From NCBI GenBank assembly GCA_947646095.1, contig CANSFI010000004.1:2788-66787 (forward strand): DNA of 64,000 nt, written 5' to 3'. Below the pieces are notes generated by a model that was not told the DNA's origin, did not search any database, and was given only the letters and a program-made list of their open reading frames with translations. Below are positions 60,513 through 64,000 of the stretch, one piece after another. This DNA is from an uncultured Mycoplasmatota bacterium. GTDB taxonomy: Bacteria > Bacillota_I > Bacilli_A > RF39 > UBA660. The stretch's first letter is position 1. Every line of letters starts with the position of its first letter. A program made the position numbers and the translations under genes.

Positions 60513-60983
60513 TTATTTTTCCCTTTCCTTTTGAAAATTTTTTACAATATTAACTTTTATATCTTCCTTTATTGGAATATCTGGCTCTTCATAAAATTTA
60601 TTTAGATATACAGTACACAAACTCAAAGTTCCTATACCACAATGAACATCTTTATATAAATATCCTTTTTTATCTTTATAAACAGGTCTATTCCAATCAT
60701 CAATTCCTACCAATTTAACATTTAATTCTTTAGGATTATTAACTAATTTATCATACTCATGCTTTGCCTGTTTTTCACTTGTAAAAAATTGAAGTTTTTT
60801 ATAATGTAACTCATGGTTATCATCAATATAAAAATCTGTTGCTATAGAATAACCTCTTTTATCTAAAAAATTGCTTTTATCATATTTTATTAGTGCTACA
60901 GGTGTTCCATAATTAAAGCCAACTTCTGCAACATTTGCTTTATGCTCAATTCTCATTCCTATATATTTATTTATATCTTCCAT
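60513..60983 (-). CDS. Hypothetical protein
   Basis: 156-aa ORF. Stop lies 1 nt before the next start. Confidence 0.4.
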   Translation of the reverse strand: MEDINKYIGMRIEHKANVAEVGFNYGTPVALIKYDKSNFLDKRGYSIATDFYIDDNHELHYKKLQFFTSEKQAKHEYDKLVNNPKELNVKLVGIDDWNRPVYKDKKGYLYKDVHCGIGTLSLCTVYLNKFYEEPDIPIKEDIKVNIVKNFQKEREK

Positions 60984-60988
60984 ATTTT

Positions 60989-61834
60989 CTATAACCCCAT
61001 CATCTCTCGTACAACCCTATCAGACATTTTAATTGTTCCTACTAGAACTAACATATTAAATATTAATTCTCCAATGTATTTCCATACTTGAGTAACTGCA
61101 GCTGCATTAGCATCTACTACTGGTGGAGAACTTGCAAACAAGGAAAATATAATACAAGCTAACACTATAATTGCACCCTCCAAACAAACTGCAGTAAAGG
61201 ATTTAATAAAACTCTTTGCAACATTTTGTGTTGGTTCTCCTGCAACTGTTGAAAGTGGTACAGGTGCTATAGCAGTATATAAATATAGTTTAAAAAATCT
61301 TCCATATACTGTAAGAATCATAATAAAAGATAATACTGTAATAAACAAACCACCAATTAATGTTACTGCCCATAGAGGAATTGACTCAAAAAATCCACAA
61401 TCTTCAACTGCTTTTATAATCTGTTGGGGCAATACTGTTTTGGTAGCACCACCAATTCCTGATGTAGTCATTATTGTTGACAACAAACCTTGAACTATTT
61501 TAAATATAGATAACATTAACTCTAGCCCATAGGTTACTATCCCTTTTGCAATGGCAAATCTTACAAATAATTTTAAAGCGTGTTCTGGTTTCTTAACTTC
61601 TGTGAACGAACCACAAGTTTTAATTATCCCACATACAAAGAATAAAACTAATAATGCAAGTCCTATGGCTTGTACTGCACCATTAATTTTTAAAATTACC
61701 TGCCATATAGAACCACCCTTAAAAGTTTCTGGGGATTGAGTAATTAATGACCATATTTCCCCTAATTTACTATTCCAAGTATTTAAGGCATTTTCCAAAT
61801 TTTGAACAACCCAATTTCCACTTAATATTAGCAT
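60989..61834 (-). CDS. VirB6/TrbL-like polytopic conjugation membrane protein
   Basis: 281 aa with ~6 TM helices. Positioned between the pilin-like gene and the rest of the T4SS genes. Confidence 0.6.
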   Translation of the reverse strand: MLILSGNWVVQNLENALNTWNSKLGEIWSLITQSPETFKGGSIWQVILKINGAVQAIGLALLVLFFVCGIIKTCGSFTEVKKPEHALKLFVRFAIAKGIVTYGLELMLSIFKIVQGLLSTIMTTSGIGGATKTVLPQQIIKAVEDCGFFESIPLWAVTLIGGLFITVLSFIMILTVYGRFFKLYLYTAIAPVPLSTVAGEPTQNVAKSFIKSFTAVCLEGAIIVLACIIFSLFASSPPVVDANAAAVTQVWKYIGELIFNMLVLVGTIKMSDRVVREMMGL

Positions 61835-61901
61835 TTTTCCACCTCCCTATAAAAGTGATAAAGGATAGAGAAAATTTTCTATCCTTATTCGTGAAATTAG
61901 A

Positions 61902-62249
61902 TTATCCTGCAATTAATTTTAGAATTGTTTTAGCACACATGATGATTACTCCACCTGCAAAAAATAAAAAGCCATTTGCTCTTTGTGAAGCATCATGACT
62001 CGTAAATGATAAACCAATTTGGACTATCGCATAACCTACAATAATTCCACCAATAACTTTGGTTAATTGAAATATAAAATCTGATAAATTATTTACAACA
62101 CTAATTGGATCATCTCCTGCAGCAAACACATTAGGAGTTAAAATAGACATAACTCCAAGTCCAATTAATGCTAATGAATAAAACTTAAATCCTTTTTTTA
62201 AACCTCTTTCAATTTTTTCTTTATTAATTCTTTTTTTCATTCTTATCAT
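61902..62249 (-). CDS. Maff2/VirB2-like small membrane protein
   Basis: Signal-like N-terminus, then two TM helices separated by SHDASQRANG, as in Maff2-type proteins. Confidence 0.5.
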   Translation of the reverse strand: MIRMKKRINKEKIERGLKKGFKFYSLALIGLGVMSILTPNVFAAGDDPISVVNNLSDFIFQLTKVIGGIIVGYAIVQIGLSFTSHDASQRANGFLFFAGGVIIMCAKTILKLIAG

Positions 62250-64000
62250 TCCTTTCTTTTAAATATTCATCCATATCTTCGCTAGATATGATTTCATAAT
62301 TTTCTTCTAACTCTTCCATATTTTTAAAATCGTAACTTTTAACATCATAATCAATTTGAACAGTAGCAATAGCACTAGTTACTTTGCCATGTTCATAAGG
62401 TTTAGCTTTCCCATCAGTAGTTAGTTCTACATTAGGGTGCTTCAAAATATCATATTTAAAGTCTTTGATTGGTCTTTCTCCTCGAACAAATAAAATGGCA
62501 TATTTGTTGTCCAACATTCTAACCTCATCTGGTGTTAATAACTCTCTACCTGTCTGTTGATAATTAGTAGAATAATTTCCATTTCTACCATGTGATTTCC
62601 CATAAGTATTCAAATCTAAATTTTCTTTTCCCATGAGTTCACTAACATATTTGTGAGTAGATTGTTCATTCCCACCTAAATATAAAAAAGAATCACAGTT
62701 ACCTACTATTGATTCCCATTGTTTTTCAAATAATGCTTTTAATTGAGCTAGATTTTGTAAAATGATTGATACAGATACCTCTCGACTTCTCATAACTGAT
62801 AAAATCTTATCAAAATCATCTGGTAAACTAACATTGGCAAACTCATCCATGACAAAATGCACATGAACAGGTAATCTTCCACCATATTTATGATCTGCAA
62901 TATAAAATAACTGTTGAAAAAGTTGGGTATATAAAATACTAACTATAAAATTAAATGAAGTATCATTGTCTGGAATAAGTGCAAATAAAGCAGTCTTTTT
63001 TTCTCCAAGTGTTTCTAATTCTAACTCATCAGTCATAGTCAACATAGATAAACTCTCCAGGTTAAACTTTTCTAACCTAGAAGCAAGTGTTATTTGAATA
63101 GATTTTAATGTTTTAGCAGAACCACTATGATAATCTCTATAATACTTGAGTGCTATATGTTCTGGATTTTTCATTTCTAATCTTTCAAATAAGACATCAA
63201 GTGGACTCATATACATATCATCATCTTCTTTGACATCTCCTGCTCTTAACATTTCCATAACCATTGTGAAATTTTGTTCTTCCTCTGGAGCTTCATACCA
63301 AAGATAAAAAACAAGTGAAAGTAATAACATACTAGCTGCAGTATCCCAAAATGGATCGTTAGATTGACTACCTTTTGGAGTAGTTGATTTGAATAAATTA
63401 GTAACTAATTTTTGTACATCATTATCATTCTTCAAATAAACAAAAGGGTTATAACAATGTGATTTGTTCATATTAATTAAATCTAACACTTTAACTGTAT
63501 AACCCTTTTTTTCTAACAATTCTCCTGTATCTCGAACAATTTCTCCTTTTGGATCAAGTATTACATAGGAGCAATTACATTGCATTACATTAGGTTTAGC
63601 AAAAAACCTTGTCTTTCCTGCACCACTACCTCCACAAATAAGTAGGTTTAGATTTCTTCTATGTTTTCTACCATCTAAACCTATACAAAAATTCTGTGTT
63701 AATATTTTATTGTTATTACTTTTAGGTTCTTTATATTTTTTACTAATACTTTTAGCACTTCCCCATTTAGCTGAACCATACTCTTCATTTCTTCTATAAT
63801 TTTTTCTTGTGGAAAAATAAACACCTATACCTATTCCATAAGCTCCCAATAAAAAAAGAACAGTCTTTATACTATTCTTGCAAAATTCTATTTTTAATGG
63901 ATTATCTAATGCTTTTGTAACATTTTTCAATATACCAGTTATTCCTGTATCTATATAAGGAGCAACTATTAGTGCAAACCATATAACAGGTATGATTCCA
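62224..64000 (-). CDS. VirD4/TraG-type coupling protein (N-terminus beyond window edge)
   Basis: Walker A GGSGAGKT and Walker B HFVMDEFAN. The tracked start is a TTG, but the frame stays open upstream to position 64000 (..GIIPVIWFALIVAPYIDTGITGI..), so the gene is truncated by the window. Confidence 0.9.
   Translation of the reverse strand, partial: GIIPVIWFALIVAPYIDTGITGILKNVTKALDNPLKIEFCKNSIKTVLFLLGAYGIGIGVYFSTRKNYRRNEEYGSAKWGSAKSISKKYKEPKSNNNKILTQNFCIGLDGRKHRRNLNLLICGGSGAGKTRFFAKPNVMQCNCSYVILDPKGEIVRDTGELLEKKGYTVKVLDLINMNKSHCYNPFVYLKNDNDVQKLVTNLFKSTTPKGSQSNDPFWDTAASMLLLSLVFYLWYEAPEEEQNFTMVMEMLRAGDVKEDDDMYMSPLDVLFERLEMKNPEHIALKYYRDYHSGSAKTLKSIQITLASRLEKFNLESLSMLTMTDELELETLGEKKTALFALIPDNDTSFNFIVSILYTQLFQQLFYIADHKYGGRLPVHVHFVMDEFANVSLPDDFDKILSVMRSREVSVSIILQNLAQLKALFEKQWESIVGNCDSFLYLGGNEQSTHKYVSELMGKENLDLNTYGKSHGRNGNYSTNYQQTGRELLTPDEVRMLDNKYAILFVRGERPIKDFKYDILKHPNVELTTDGKAKPYEHGKVTSAIATVQIDYDVKSYDFKNMEELEENYEIISSEDMDEYLKERNDKNEKKN

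Larger units (their letters stand above)
44740..64000. mobile_element. Integrative conjugative element, left ~19 kb (right end outside window)
   Basis: Two tyrosine recombinases, Xis, TA module, regulators and a Firmicute-type T4SS operon (hydrolase, VirB4, PrgI-like, VirB6-like, Maff2-like, VirD4). The left limit is placed at the composition break inside uvrB. A conservative alternative places it at 45030-45240. Confidence 0.8.

Noticed and set aside
57783-60983. Recurrent K/E/R C-termini of consecutive ORFs (..RQERKGER, ..KPKERER, ..DLSKER, ..RCYER, ..QKEREK).
   Set aside because: They are explained by the purine-rich Shine-Dalgarno of the next, translationally coupled gene lying inside the 3' end of each ORF. 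This is not a targeting signal.
1-64000. Scan for CRISPR arrays, rRNA, tRNA and IS elements.
   Set aside because: I saw no regularly spaced direct repeats, no tRNA-sized G+C-rich cloverleaf candidates, and no transposase ORFs other than the two tyrosine recombinases.

Overview
Very AT-rich chromosome segment from an endospore-forming Firmicute (Spo0A, two alpha/beta SASPs, EzrA). No rRNA, tRNA or CRISPR was seen. From 1 to about 44.7 kb is a housekeeping backbone, almost all on the minus strand. It holds glycolysis genes (gpmI, tpiA, pgk, gap) interleaved with envelope genes and three orphan prepilin-type genes. It also holds spo0A, clpP, thiI, ezrA, rpsD, deoC-tyrS behind a T-box, rimP-nusA-ylxR-infB-rbfA, ftsH, tilS, ung, rsmA, trxB, lgt and uvrB. 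A decayed phage-like relic lies at 2.8-4.3 kb. From about 44.7 kb to the window edge is the left part of an integrative conjugative element. It carries two tandem tyrosine recombinases, Xis, a MazF module, a sigma-like regulator, a small accessory region and a Firmicute-type T4SS operon (hydrolase, VirB4, PrgI-like, VirB6-like, Maff2-like, VirD4). Its junction appears to lie inside the 5' end of uvrB. The most unusual signals are: (1) a 111-nt G+C-rich patch covering the hypervariable C-terminus of a giant pseudopilin, laid out like a DGR variable region; (2) a G+C-rich, helix-rich non-coding element in the ICE with a diverged second copy at 4 kb; (3) the composition break in uvrB plus four ATTCGTGTCC repeats at the ICE end; (4) an ADP-ribosyltransferase-like ORF paired with a double-XRE protein. 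Family names are from motif recognition only; no database search was possible.
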